This document shows positions 37,885 to 46,606 of a stretch of DNA of 64,000 bases, piece after piece; the stretch's first letter is position 1, and each line of letters opens with the position of its first letter. The notes below the pieces were generated by a model. The model made no database searches. It had not been told where the DNA came from and saw nothing but the letters and a program-made list of their open reading frames with translations. This stretch comes from Candidatus Latescibacterota bacterium. Its GTDB lineage: Bacteria; Latescibacterota; UBA2968. Made by a program: the position numbers and the translations under genes. The stretch spans positions 896,001 through 960,000 of the forward strand of contig OZ242195.1 of assembly GCA_965205975.1 (NCBI GenBank), read 5' to 3'.

Positions 37885-38664
37885 TTAGCCTCCAAAATAC
37901 GCCATGCCCACCAGACCGATAAGCCAGCAATAGTAAGCAAATTGTGCAAAATACCCGCCACTGAGTAAACCGAGGAGCCATCGAATGGCAAATACTCCGG
38001 ACACATAAGCTATAATAGCGCCAATCAGCAGGGGCCATAGCGCGTTCATTTGCGGTGGATGGGCGAGAAAATCGCCAACTTCTAATGCGGTTGCGCCCAA
38101 AATAATGGGGATGGATAGTAAAAAAGAAAATGTTGCGGCTTCGCGACCATCCAGCCCACGCCACAGGCCCATGCCAATGGTTGAACCCGATCTGGAAATT
38201 CCCGGCAATACGGCGAGTGCCTGTGCAAAGCCGATTAAAATTGCGTCTATAGATGTAATTTTCATGCGGTCCCCCCGCGCAAATCGCGTGCTCCACAAAA
38301 TACAACCGGTCGCAATCAAGAATCCGCATACGGCGATTGGGCTGGCAAAAGCCTCTTTGAGCAGGTCTTTGAATAGAATTCCCACGGCGCCAGCGGGAAT
38401 AGAGCCGATTATCAACAGGTAGATTGTGTGCCAGGATGCGCCATCGCGTCGCAAACATCCGATGACTAAGTTGCTGATTCGCGTTCGCAACGCGGTCACT
38501 ATAGCCAGCAATGTTCCAAAGTGTACGATTACTTCAAAGGTCACATTACCGGTTTGAATACCCCATGCCGCTTGTCCCAATGCGAGATGTCCCGAACTGC
38601 TCACGGGCAAAAATTCGGTCAGCCCTTGCAACAGTCCCAGGAGCATGGCTTCATAAGGTGTCAA
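37885..38664 (-). CDS. uppP: Undecaprenyl-diphosphate phosphatase
   Basis: QGLTEFLPVSSSGHL and PGISRSGST motifs. Confidence 0.96.
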   Translation of the reverse strand: MTPYEAMLLGLLQGLTEFLPVSSSGHLALGQAAWGIQTGNVTFEVIVHFGTLLAIVTALRTRISNLVIGCLRRDGASWHTIYLLIIGSIPAGAVGILFKDLLKEAFASPIAVCGFLIATGCILWSTRFARGDRMKITSIDAILIGFAQALAVLPGISRSGSTIGMGLWRGLDGREAATFSFLLSIPIILGATALEVGDFLAHPPQMNALWPLLIGAIIAYVSGVFAIRWLLGLLSGGYFAQFAYYCWLIGLVGMAYFGG

Positions 38665-39481
38665 GAGATCTCCTCAGCAATTCTATCACGGGTGCCATAG
38701 ATGCATCGTTACAGATTACAATATCGTAAGTGCTCAGATATGCATTACGATTTTCTTCGACTGCTTCGTTCAAGAATCCCACGCGGATGACACAGTCTGC
38801 ATCGGCGTCGTTCACCATCTGCGCATCTTCTATGGTGTCTCCCAGGAGCAGGACGCAGCTTCGTGGGGCACTTGCATGACGCGCTTTGTTAAAGCTGTGG
38901 ATTACCGGCTCACAAAATCTCGCCACTGCGCCATGTGTATCGAATATCAATTTGTTTGCCGTTACTGTCACATTGGTGGTGAGCAATGCTCTGACTTTTA
39001 AGAATTTTGAGATTACGTTGTCAATGCCCGCGGATAAAATTAATAGCGGTATATCCCTGTCTGCCAATATTTTAAAAAGATCGATGGAACCATCGCGCAA
39101 GCGCATGAAATCACGGATAGCAATGTCTTCTATTATCTCTTCGGTAAGTCCGTATTTCTGCATCATCTCAAGTGCCGCCATCCACCAGTCGTGCATGGCT
39201 TTTTGTTTTTTGCGGTGCGAGATCTTCTGCGATATTTCAATGGGGCGATACCGCGCGTACAGACAATCCATTTCGATGCGATATGCCTCTCCCAAATAGG
39301 CTCCGTGCGCAATTACCGAATAAGATGTCGCATCTTGCCCATCTTCTGTTCGCGCTTTTGTCAATGTGCGATCCCAATCGCTGACTACACACAGTTGTTC
39401 GGTTTTCGTATGGCTGTTCAATTGCGCGATTTTGCCCTGCAGGGCTACCTCATCAGCAATTAATACATGGTCCATTGACAA
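38651..39481 (-). CDS. HAD hydrolase, pyrimidine 5'-nucleotidase (cN-III/UMPH-1)-like
   Basis: SDWDRTLT, Y.PIE......K...M..WW, LSAGI, HSFNK, LLGD...D..M, GFLN. Confidence 0.85.
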   Translation of the reverse strand: MSMDHVLIADEVALQGKIAQLNSHTKTEQLCVVSDWDRTLTKARTEDGQDATSYSVIAHGAYLGEAYRIEMDCLYARYRPIEISQKISHRKKQKAMHDWWMAALEMMQKYGLTEEIIEDIAIRDFMRLRDGSIDLFKILADRDIPLLILSAGIDNVISKFLKVRALLTTNVTVTANKLIFDTHGAVARFCEPVIHSFNKARHASAPRSCVLLLGDTIEDAQMVNDADADCVIRVGFLNEAVEENRNAYLSTYDIVICNDASMAPVIELLRRSLDTL

Positions 39482-39504
39482 CCTTGATTTTTATAGTGAG
39501 ATTC

Positions 39505-39554
39505 GAGGCAGGGATGCCTCTCCTACGGGTTCGTCTATTCGTCTATTCGTCTAT
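39505..39554 (-). repeat. GTAG-type REP-like palindrome plus TCGTCTAT x3 tandem
   Basis: Minus strand GTAGGAGAGGCATCCCTGCCTC; octamer tandem at 39531-39554. Confidence 0.55.
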
Positions 39555-40739
39555 CCGCTCGCTGATTTCACCTGTTTCTCTGTCTTTCACAATTCGTTTC
39601 AAGCGTCCATCGGGCATGCGCTCGGTTTTCAGGGTGACAAACTGTGCGTCTGTTTCGGTCGATGCGGTCTCCCGATCTATTTCACCGCCGCGCCATTCCA
39701 TTTCTATTGGTTCCCACTGTTTTGTTTTTGCGGATTTGTAACACGCATCTATAATTGCATTGACAACATAGCCGTCGTACAGGGTTTCCATTGGTTCGCG
39801 TCCTTCATCCCAGGCGTTGAACATATCCACGAACATGTCCGAATATCCCAGTTCGGAGACCTCGTCACCCACGGGAAAGAGCCATCCCGTATCGCCTTCG
39901 GCTTTTTCTGCCACATAACCCCCTTGTCCCACAGCCGTGAACATGTCAAACCCGGTGCGCAACCAGTGGTTGAGCCAGATTGTTCCTTCTGTGCCTGCCA
40001 CTTCGTCCCGCAGGTCCATACCTCCGCGAAATGCCCATCCGACTTCAAATTGACCCATGGATCCATTTTCAAATTTGATCAGTCCAATTCCGTGATCCTC
40101 TGCTTCGACTGGGTGTACGAGTGTGTCAGACCAGCACATCGCTTCGACCGGGCGAATGCCTTTGCCGATGAAGTTGCGAATGATTTCGATACAGTGACAC
40201 CCCATATCGACGATCGCGCCGCCACCTGCTTTGTCTATGTCCCAAAACCAATCGCTGTGGGGGCCGGGGTGTGTTTCGCGTGATCGCACCCACAAGACGC
40301 GGCCCAATGCGCCGTTTTTCACGGATTCGAGGGCTTTTAAGGTTTTTGGGGGATATACCAGGTCTTCGAGATATCCGCCAAATACGCCTGCTTTTTCTAC
40401 TGCATTCAGGATTTGCCGGGCTTCATCAGCGGTGCGCCCGAGAGGTTTGGTACACAATACGGCTTTGCCAGCCTGGGCTGCGAGTGTTGCGGCTTCGAGG
40501 TGCAGGTCGTTGGGCAATCCGATTACCACGCCATCGGTTTCCTCGTCTTCAATTGCGGCTTTGAGATCCGTTGTCCATTTGGGAATGTCCCATTCTTCCG
40601 CAAATGTCCTGGCGCGTTCTTCAGTCCGCGAATACACGACTTGCACCCGATCAATTCCCCGATGTCTGTGCAAGGCCATGGTGTAAAACATTCCGATCAG
40701 TCCAGTTCCCAACATGGTCAATTTATGTCCTTCAGCCAT
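39543..40739 (-). CDS. Gfo/Idh/MocA oxidoreductase
   Basis: [30 protein letters not shown]. Confidence 0.92.
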   Translation of the reverse strand: MAEGHKLTMLGTGLIGMFYTMALHRHRGIDRVQVVYSRTEERARTFAEEWDIPKWTTDLKAAIEDEETDGVVIGLPNDLHLEAATLAAQAGKAVLCTKPLGRTADEARQILNAVEKAGVFGGYLEDLVYPPKTLKALESVKNGALGRVLWVRSRETHPGPHSDWFWDIDKAGGGAIVDMGCHCIEIIRNFIGKGIRPVEAMCWSDTLVHPVEAEDHGIGLIKFENGSMGQFEVGWAFRGGMDLRDEVAGTEGTIWLNHWLRTGFDMFTAVGQGGYVAEKAEGDTGWLFPVGDEVSELGYSDMFVDMFNAWDEGREPMETLYDGYVVNAIIDACYKSAKTKQWEPIEMEWRGGEIDRETASTETDAQFVTLKTERMPDGRLKRIVKDRETGEISERIDE

Positions 40740-40798
40740 TTTAAACTCCTTTGTAAAAAAGTTATCAGAAATCACCCAAACAGCGTCGGTTGAATCAC

Positions 40799-41728
40799 CT
40801 CACAAGCCCGTGATGCCCAAGTTTTTAAACTTGGGAGGTAAGGGCTGAGAATTTGTTTTGCGTTAGCAAATTGATCCTTACCAAAGCGTGTTATGCTGAG
40901 TATATTTGTCAATATGAAACTCACCCTTCAAATACAACTGTTACCGGACGTTGCCACAGGCCAGAAGCTAAAAGCGACTGTTGCACGGTTCAATGAGGCT
41001 GCCAACTACCTTGCATCGAAGGCTTATGAGCGCACGTTGGCGAATAAGTTTGCCCTACAAAAGCTGTACTATTCAGACTTGCGTCGCCAATTTGGTTTGT
41101 CCGCACAAATGGCTATCCGTTGCATTGCCCAGGTTGTAGAAGCATTTAAGCGCGATAAAACGGTGCAACCGTCGTTTCGCCCTACTGCTGCTATGCCCTA
41201 TGATCAACGGTTGTATAGCTTTAAGGGCATAGATCGTGTTTCGTTGCTCACCCTTGAAGGGCGCGTGCTTGTGCCCATGCTTATGGGCAACTACCAGCGT
41301 GAGCAGTTCGGCTATGCCAAAGGACAGGCAGACCTTGTGCTTCGCAAAGACGGCAAGTGGTTCTTGCTTGTCTCTGTCGATGTGCCTGATGGCACGCCAA
41401 TACCGACCACTGACTTTATCGGCGTTGATCTCGGTACAACAAACCTTGCAGTGACAGACGATGGTGAAACATATAGGGGCGACACGGTTGAAAATGTCCG
41501 ACAGAAGATGCACGATGTGAGAAAGGCAATAGACACACCCAGGCATCCTTCAGATGCAAAGTGTGTGGTCACAAAGACCATGCTGACCGCAACGCCGCTC
41601 GGAACATCCGAGCAAGGGCTTTGTGTCAACAAGCCTAAAGTCTCGCCATACCCCCAATGGTGGTGTCAACCACCGGGGGAATCATGTGGCAGGGACAAGC
41701 CCACAGGCTTTAGCCGGGGGTGGTTGAC
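40799..41728 (+). mobile_element. Non-autonomous IS200/IS605-family (tnpB-only) element inserted in ogt
   Basis: Left-end hairpin CCCAAGTTT-tt-AAACTTGGG; right end AAGCCCACAGGCTTTAGCCGGGGGTGGTTGAC; no TSD; removal restores the ogt C-terminus. Confidence 0.88.
40914..41638 (+). pseudogene. tnpB: tnpB with internal deletion and frameshift
   Basis: MKLTLQIQLLP, RuvC-I GVDLG; after about 41522 it jumps to FRCKVCGHKDHADRNAARNI in another frame; RuvC-II region missing. Confidence 0.88.
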
Positions 41729-42232
41729 GCCTTCATGTGTTAAGAGAAATTTTTTCTTTTCCATCCCCCCAGCATATCCCGTTAGATGACCAGATGCACC
41801 GATTACACGGTGACACGGTACCACTATCGCCACGGGGTTTTTGCCATTGGCCGCGCCCACGGCTTGCGATGCGCCTGTATTGTCCAATGCACAGGCGATG
41901 TCGCCATAGGTTCGCGTCTCTCCAAAGGGTATCTCCAGCAATAATTTCCACACGCGCTTTTGAAAATCCGTTCCGCGCAAGTCCAGTGGCAAATCGAAAA
42001 CTTTCAGCGTCCCTTCAAAATACATCGCGAGTTGTTCGGTCGTAGCATTTATGATCGGATGATTCACAGCTCGGGGCAAATTTGTCTTCGCTTGTTCCGT
42101 GCGATCACCTTCAAATGCAATTGCATGTACGCCATTATCTGAGGCCAACACGGTCAACGGTCCCAATGGACTTGCCATATCTTCCCATAAGGTCTCTCGC
42201 GGTAATTGTTTGAATATCTGTAGATTGAACAC
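41666..42232 (-). CDS. ogt: Methylated-DNA-protein-cysteine methyltransferase (C-terminus replaced by IS sequence)
   Basis: SPLG, GTDFQ..VW..L..IPFG...YG, AVG.ANG.NP....PCHRVIG; GTG start after GGAGG. Confidence 0.93.
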   Translation of the reverse strand: MFNLQIFKQLPRETLWEDMASPLGPLTVLASDNGVHAIAFEGDRTEQAKTNLPRAVNHPIINATTEQLAMYFEGTLKVFDLPLDLRGTDFQKRVWKLLLEIPFGETRTYGDIACALDNTGASQAVGAANGKNPVAIVVPCHRVIGASGHLTGYAGGMEKKKFLLTHEGVNHPRLKPVGLSLPHDSPGG

Positions 42233-42558
42233 AGCGACCTCCGTGGATAAGTCTTGCCTTATATTATACAAAAAAACGGGACGTATGCTCAAAAGAACAT
42301 ACATCCCGTTAGGGGAGAAAGATGGACAGGTTTACTCAATCGGCTTAAAACAGTATCCCACATCTCTCACTGTGCGGATCATTTCCTGTGCTGTGCCCAG
42401 TTTTATGCACAGGCGACGAATATGTGCATCTACCATCCGTCCATTGTCCAGATGGTTGTATTCCATCTCCAATCTCGTTCTTGAATCCCCTTGTATTCCG
42501 TGTTATATTGAACGGTCTTTGGAGTATCTACTATTTCAACTAAGATAGGTACAAGGCC

Positions 42559-43386
42559 ATGACTAAATATAGAGAACCAGCAGATGTATTACTTACACTT
42601 GGCGATCCACGAGAACTTTCGGATCAATGGCTCGATTATTCGGAATACGGGATTGGTGCAGGACATATTCCCGATCTGATCCAACTGGCGACCGATTCAG
42701 AATTGCATTGGGCAGATTCAGAAAGTCTGGAAGTTTGGTCATCCTTACATGCTTGGAGAGCTTTGGGACAGTTGCGTGCAGAGGAGGCGATTGAACCCCT
42801 CCTAAATTTGTTTCACGAACTCGAAGAAGATGATTGGGTCGGAGAGGAATTGCCCAGAGTATATGGCATGATCGGGGCGGCTGCTATTCCCGCTCTTACA
42901 GCGTATCTTGCGGATACCTCTCGCAATATATCTCCCCGGATTAGTGTAGCATATGCGCTGGCTGAAATTGGGATGTCACATGCCGAAGCGCGAGAGGCAT
43001 GTATTACCGCTTTAACACGGCAACTGGAGGCGTTTTGGAAAAATGACCGCGAGTTGAATGGATTTCTGATCAGTTATCTGGTTGACCTGCAAGCGGTAGA
43101 AACAGCACCGCTTATGCAAAGAGCTTATGCGGCTGGTCGTGTAGATGAGATAGTTATGGGAGATTGGGAAGATGTACAGGTTGCGTTGGGATTGAAACCT
43201 TATGTCGAAAGAGATGCCGACTTCTTCAGGGACGATATCGAAGACATGGACCCAGAAGATAGACCCTTTGCTTTCAAGCCTCAGAGTGCTGCAAAACGCA
43301 AGAAAGCAAAAACAAAACGAAACATGGCGCGAAAATCTCGAAAGCAGAATCGAAAAAAGAAGAAAAGAAAAAAGAGGAAGAGATAG
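42559..43386 (+). CDS. DUF1186/HEAT-repeat-like protein with a very basic C-terminal tail
   Basis: HAWRALGQLRAEEAI.PL, IG..AIP.L helical repeats; tail RKKAKTKRNMARKSRKQNRKKKKRKKRKR. Confidence 0.75.
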   Translation: MTKYREPADVLLTLGDPRELSDQWLDYSEYGIGAGHIPDLIQLATDSELHWADSESLEVWSSLHAWRALGQLRAEEAIEPLLNLFHELEEDDWVGEELPRVYGMIGAAAIPALTAYLADTSRNISPRISVAYALAEIGMSHAEAREACITALTRQLEAFWKNDRELNGFLISYLVDLQAVETAPLMQRAYAAGRVDEIVMGDWEDVQVALGLKPYVERDADFFRDDIEDMDPEDRPFAFKPQSAAKRKKAKTKRNMARKSRKQNRKKKKRKKRKR

Positions 43387-43406
43387 CGGTGTGAAGTGTA
43401 AAGAAA

Positions 43407-43425
43407 TATCCGCAGATAACGCAGA
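43407..43425. repeat. Left arm of the inverted decamer repeat
   Basis: TATCCGCAGATAACGCAGA is the reverse complement of the TTTATCTGCG array end at 44595-44614 (1-nt gap). Confidence 0.6.
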
Positions 43426-43479
43426 AGTGAAAAAATATAAGCTATAATCTGTTCAAAGTATTGAGAAAGGTTCTTGAAT

Positions 43480-44445
43480 ATGCCACTGGAAAACCTGCTG
43501 ACATTGATAGAAAAGCTTCGAGAGCGCATTGACAGTCATGGTGCTGCGCTCAGACAAAGCGAAGCGTTGACCCGCTACGCGCTGATTGATCCCCTTCTAC
43601 GTGAATTGGGGTGGGATACTGAAGATCCTGATGTGGTTGTGCCTGAGTATAGTTCAGGCGGTGGTCGAGTGGATTACGCGCTGTGTAAAAATGGTAAATC
43701 CGTAATCATGCTGGAAGCCAAAAAATTGGATACGCCCTTGAATGATGCAATCGGTCAAGGCATTCAATACTGTCTCGTGGAGGGAACCGAATACTTTGTG
43801 GTGACTGATGGCAGGTGTTGGGAAATTTACGAAACACACAAACCCGTTCCCATAGATGATAAGCGAATAGTCCAATTTGATTTGAAAGATCCATTGATTG
43901 TAGATGTGTGTCTGAAAGCATTAGCCTTGTGGAGACCCAGCGTAATTTCAGGCCAGATTACTGTTGGGGAACCCCCCGTTATCGGACCGCCTGATAATAG
44001 GACTAACACAACAGAGCCTCAGCCCGCTGAAGAAACTACTGTTCAGCCAACGTCGTCTGTTTCAGATGAAGATGGATGGGAGCCGCTTTCAGAGTTTAAC
44101 CCAGAGCCAAAGACGCAGCCCCCAACTGAAATAATGTTTCCCGATGGCTCACACGCTTCGCCCAAACGCTGGTATGAAATATTGACAGAAATCGCACGTT
44201 GGCTTGTGGAGAACGGTAATTTATCTGAGAGCCAATGTCCTATTTTGCGGGGGCCTCGTTCAAAGAAATCACTGGTGGATATCGAATCTGTTCATTCAGA
44301 TGGAACCTCTTTCTTCAATTTCAAATCAGTAGGTTCATTATATATTGATACACATGGCAATGCCATGACTCTAATCAATAGGAGCAAATACCTCATCCAG
44401 CATGTTGACCAAGACCCAGCCCAATTCAAAGTCCGTCTTCCTTGA
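43480..44445 (+). CDS. HsdR_N-like restriction endonuclease domain protein with an uncharacterised C-terminal domain
   Basis: EALTRYALIDPLLRELGWD, VVPEY, RVDYAL, LEAKKL, TDG..W. Confidence 0.8.
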   Translation: MPLENLLTLIEKLRERIDSHGAALRQSEALTRYALIDPLLRELGWDTEDPDVVVPEYSSGGGRVDYALCKNGKSVIMLEAKKLDTPLNDAIGQGIQYCLVEGTEYFVVTDGRCWEIYETHKPVPIDDKRIVQFDLKDPLIVDVCLKALALWRPSVISGQITVGEPPVIGPPDNRTNTTEPQPAEETTVQPTSSVSDEDGWEPLSEFNPEPKTQPPTEIMFPDGSHASPKRWYEILTEIARWLVENGNLSESQCPILRGPRSKKSLVDIESVHSDGTSFFNFKSVGSLYIDTHGNAMTLINRSKYLIQHVDQDPAQFKVRLP

Positions 44446-44485
44446 CCACGGCGGCGACCATTGGGGTTAGATGCTGATAAACAAC

Positions 44486-44511
44486 GGGCGACCACAAGGG
44501 ATCGCCCCTAC
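44486..44511 (-). repeat. GTAG-type REP palindrome
   Basis: Minus strand GTAGGGGCGATCCCTTGTGGTCGCCC. Confidence 0.7.
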
Positions 44512-44570
44512 ATAACCATAAGGATTTTATCACTGGATAGAGGCACTCCAGTGCAGTCTCTGATCATCCT

Positions 44571-44614
44571 TTCACCTGCGTTTATCTGCGTTTATCTGCG
44601 TTTATCTGCGGATA
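44571..44614. repeat. TTTATCTGCG x3 tandem repeat (right arm)
   Basis: Three exact decamers at 44581-44610 plus a degenerate unit before them. Confidence 0.85.
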
Positions 44615-44637
44615 CTTTTTGCTTTTAACAACTGTCC

Positions 44638-46593
44638 ATGGCCCTTTCATCCGAAATACAAGCTGAAGCATCTCCCGCGCCGGATACGATAACGTTTCGG
44701 TCTATTTTGTTGGGGCTGGTGACCATTGCGGTTGCGACGTGGTACATGAGCTATTTTGCGGGGAATCTGGTCAAGAGTTATTTGCCTGTGGCTGCTTTGA
44801 TTCCCTTTGTGATGTGGGTGGGGATCAATGTGGGGTTGATTCATTTTGCGCCGCGATTTGCATTGTCCCGCATTGAGTTGCTCACGATTTTTTCGATGAT
44901 GTGGATTGTCGGCAGTTTGCCAGCGGTGGGGTGGGGGTTTTACGCGGTCAGTCTGATTCCGTCGCCAGAGTTTTTCGCCTCGCCGGAAAATCGCTTGCGA
45001 GACGCAGTCATTCCCTTTTTGCCCAGGTGGTTCTTTTTAGACGCCAATATACCCGATGTGCGGGCGGTGTACACCGGGCGTCATCGCAGCGATCCCGTGC
45101 CGTGGTTGCTGTGGGTGCGGCCTTTTTTCTGGTGGTTTGTCGGCTGTATCAGCGCGGTGATGGCGGGATTTTTCGGCAGTGTGCTTTTTTTCAAGCAGTG
45201 GCAGGAGAAAGAGCGTCTGGTCTTTCCCATGTCCGAATTTCCCGTGGCTTTGATCGAGGGCGCAGATGAAGGTCGCGTGCCTGCTGTGTTGCGAGACAAA
45301 ATTTTCTGGATCGGGTTCTGGTGTGTGGCCGGTGTGATTTGCTGGAATATAGTGGGTTATTTTCAACTGAATTTGCCACGAATTACGGTTTTTGACCATT
45401 ATCGCACCAAAGCGGTAGATTTGGGACCGCATTTCCCGGCTTATTATTTGCGTGTGCAACCGCTGATTATGGGCCTGGCATATCTTTGTCCGGTGGATAT
45501 GTTGTTCAGTGTGTGGTTTTACAATGTGATCAATATTTTTAAGGTGGGGCTGCTGAATCGAACGGGCTTTACAGTGGGATTAGAAGGACAACCCGCCAAG
45601 GCCGGTGAGATTGCGATGCTCGAGATGCACGGTGCGCTGGCGTGTTTGGTGTTGTGGTCGGTGTGGGTTGCGCGGAAGCACTTAAAGGAGACAGTTCAAA
45701 AAGCGTTGAACCGTTCTCGCGCTGTTGACGATGGCGTGCCAGTTACATATCGTACGGCCTGGGTTGGCCTGTGTTTGGCAACAGTTGGTATCGGCGGCTG
45801 GATGATGTCCTCGGGGGTGGGGTTCTGGGCGGTGGTGGGACAGCTCATTCTGATGTTTATGTGTTATTTTGGCATTGCGAAATACGCGGCCGCAACCGGA
45901 TTTACCTTTCTCAATCCCGCTGGCGGTAAGGGCGTGGCGCTGATTCACTCTTTGATTGGCACGTCGAGACTTTCGCCCACGTCGCAGTCGATGCTGATTT
46001 TGTTCAATCGCAATGTGTTTTTAGGGGCGTCAATCCGAACGACCTGTCTGGCTGCTATTCCGCATATTTTTCGCATGTTTGGCAATTCGTTGCGCCGGCA
46101 TCCGTGGATATGGGGGATGGTTCCGCTGGCATATTTGATCGGGTATATGAGTGCGGGTGGTTTTTATTTGTTTCGGTGTTATGATGAAGGCGGGTTGAAT
46201 GGGCTACTGGTGTCGTGGCCTATGGATGCGCTCATTTCACGGGTGCCCTATATTGAGGGCAGCAAAATATCGGTTTTTGATACGCAGAAGCTCGGTGTGT
46301 GGTTGTTTGGGTTTGCCGAAGCGGGTGTTTTGACTTATTTGCGTTCGCAGTTTGCATGGTGGCCTTTTCATCCGGTCGCTATTGCGTTTCCGCCCGGGCG
46401 ATATGCGTTTTGTTTGTTGCTCGTGTGGCTGGTGAAGGTGGTTGTGTTGCGATTCGGGGGCGTGCAGCTTTACAGGCGGTCGCTGCCGTTCTGGTATGGC
46501 GCGATTGTCGGGTATTTGTTTGGCATTGCGCTGTCGAGTGTTGTGGATGCGATCTGGTTTCCAGATGGCGGACATTTTGTTCACGGTTGGTAA
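44638..46593 (+). CDS. Polytopic membrane protein, DUF6785/DUF6784 (putative peptide-transporter-like)
   Basis: Many TM helices; PW..W..P..WW, QW...ERL.FP, WWPFHPV, RFGG..LY. Confidence 0.8.
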   Translation: MALSSEIQAEASPAPDTITFRSILLGLVTIAVATWYMSYFAGNLVKSYLPVAALIPFVMWVGINVGLIHFAPRFALSRIELLTIFSMMWIVGSLPAVGWGFYAVSLIPSPEFFASPENRLRDAVIPFLPRWFFLDANIPDVRAVYTGRHRSDPVPWLLWVRPFFWWFVGCISAVMAGFFGSVLFFKQWQEKERLVFPMSEFPVALIEGADEGRVPAVLRDKIFWIGFWCVAGVICWNIVGYFQLNLPRITVFDHYRTKAVDLGPHFPAYYLRVQPLIMGLAYLCPVDMLFSVWFYNVINIFKVGLLNRTGFTVGLEGQPAKAGEIAMLEMHGALACLVLWSVWVARKHLKETVQKALNRSRAVDDGVPVTYRTAWVGLCLATVGIGGWMMSSGVGFWAVVGQLILMFMCYFGIAKYAAATGFTFLNPAGGKGVALIHSLIGTSRLSPTSQSMLILFNRNVFLGASIRTTCLAAIPHIFRMFGNSLRRHPWIWGMVPLAYLIGYMSAGGFYLFRCYDEGGLNGLLVSWPMDALISRVPYIEGSKISVFDTQKLGVWLFGFAEAGVLTYLRSQFAWWPFHPVAIAFPPGRYAFCLLLVWLVKVVVLRFGGVQLYRRSLPFWYGAIVGYLFGIALSSVVDAIWFPDGGHFVHGW

Positions 46594-46606
46594 GGGGGAG
46601 TGCGAT

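Noticed and set aside
40893..41789. Intact 298-aa TnpB
   Set aside because: The C-terminal third is out-of-frame read-through after an internal deletion; the RuvC-III motif lies in another frame.
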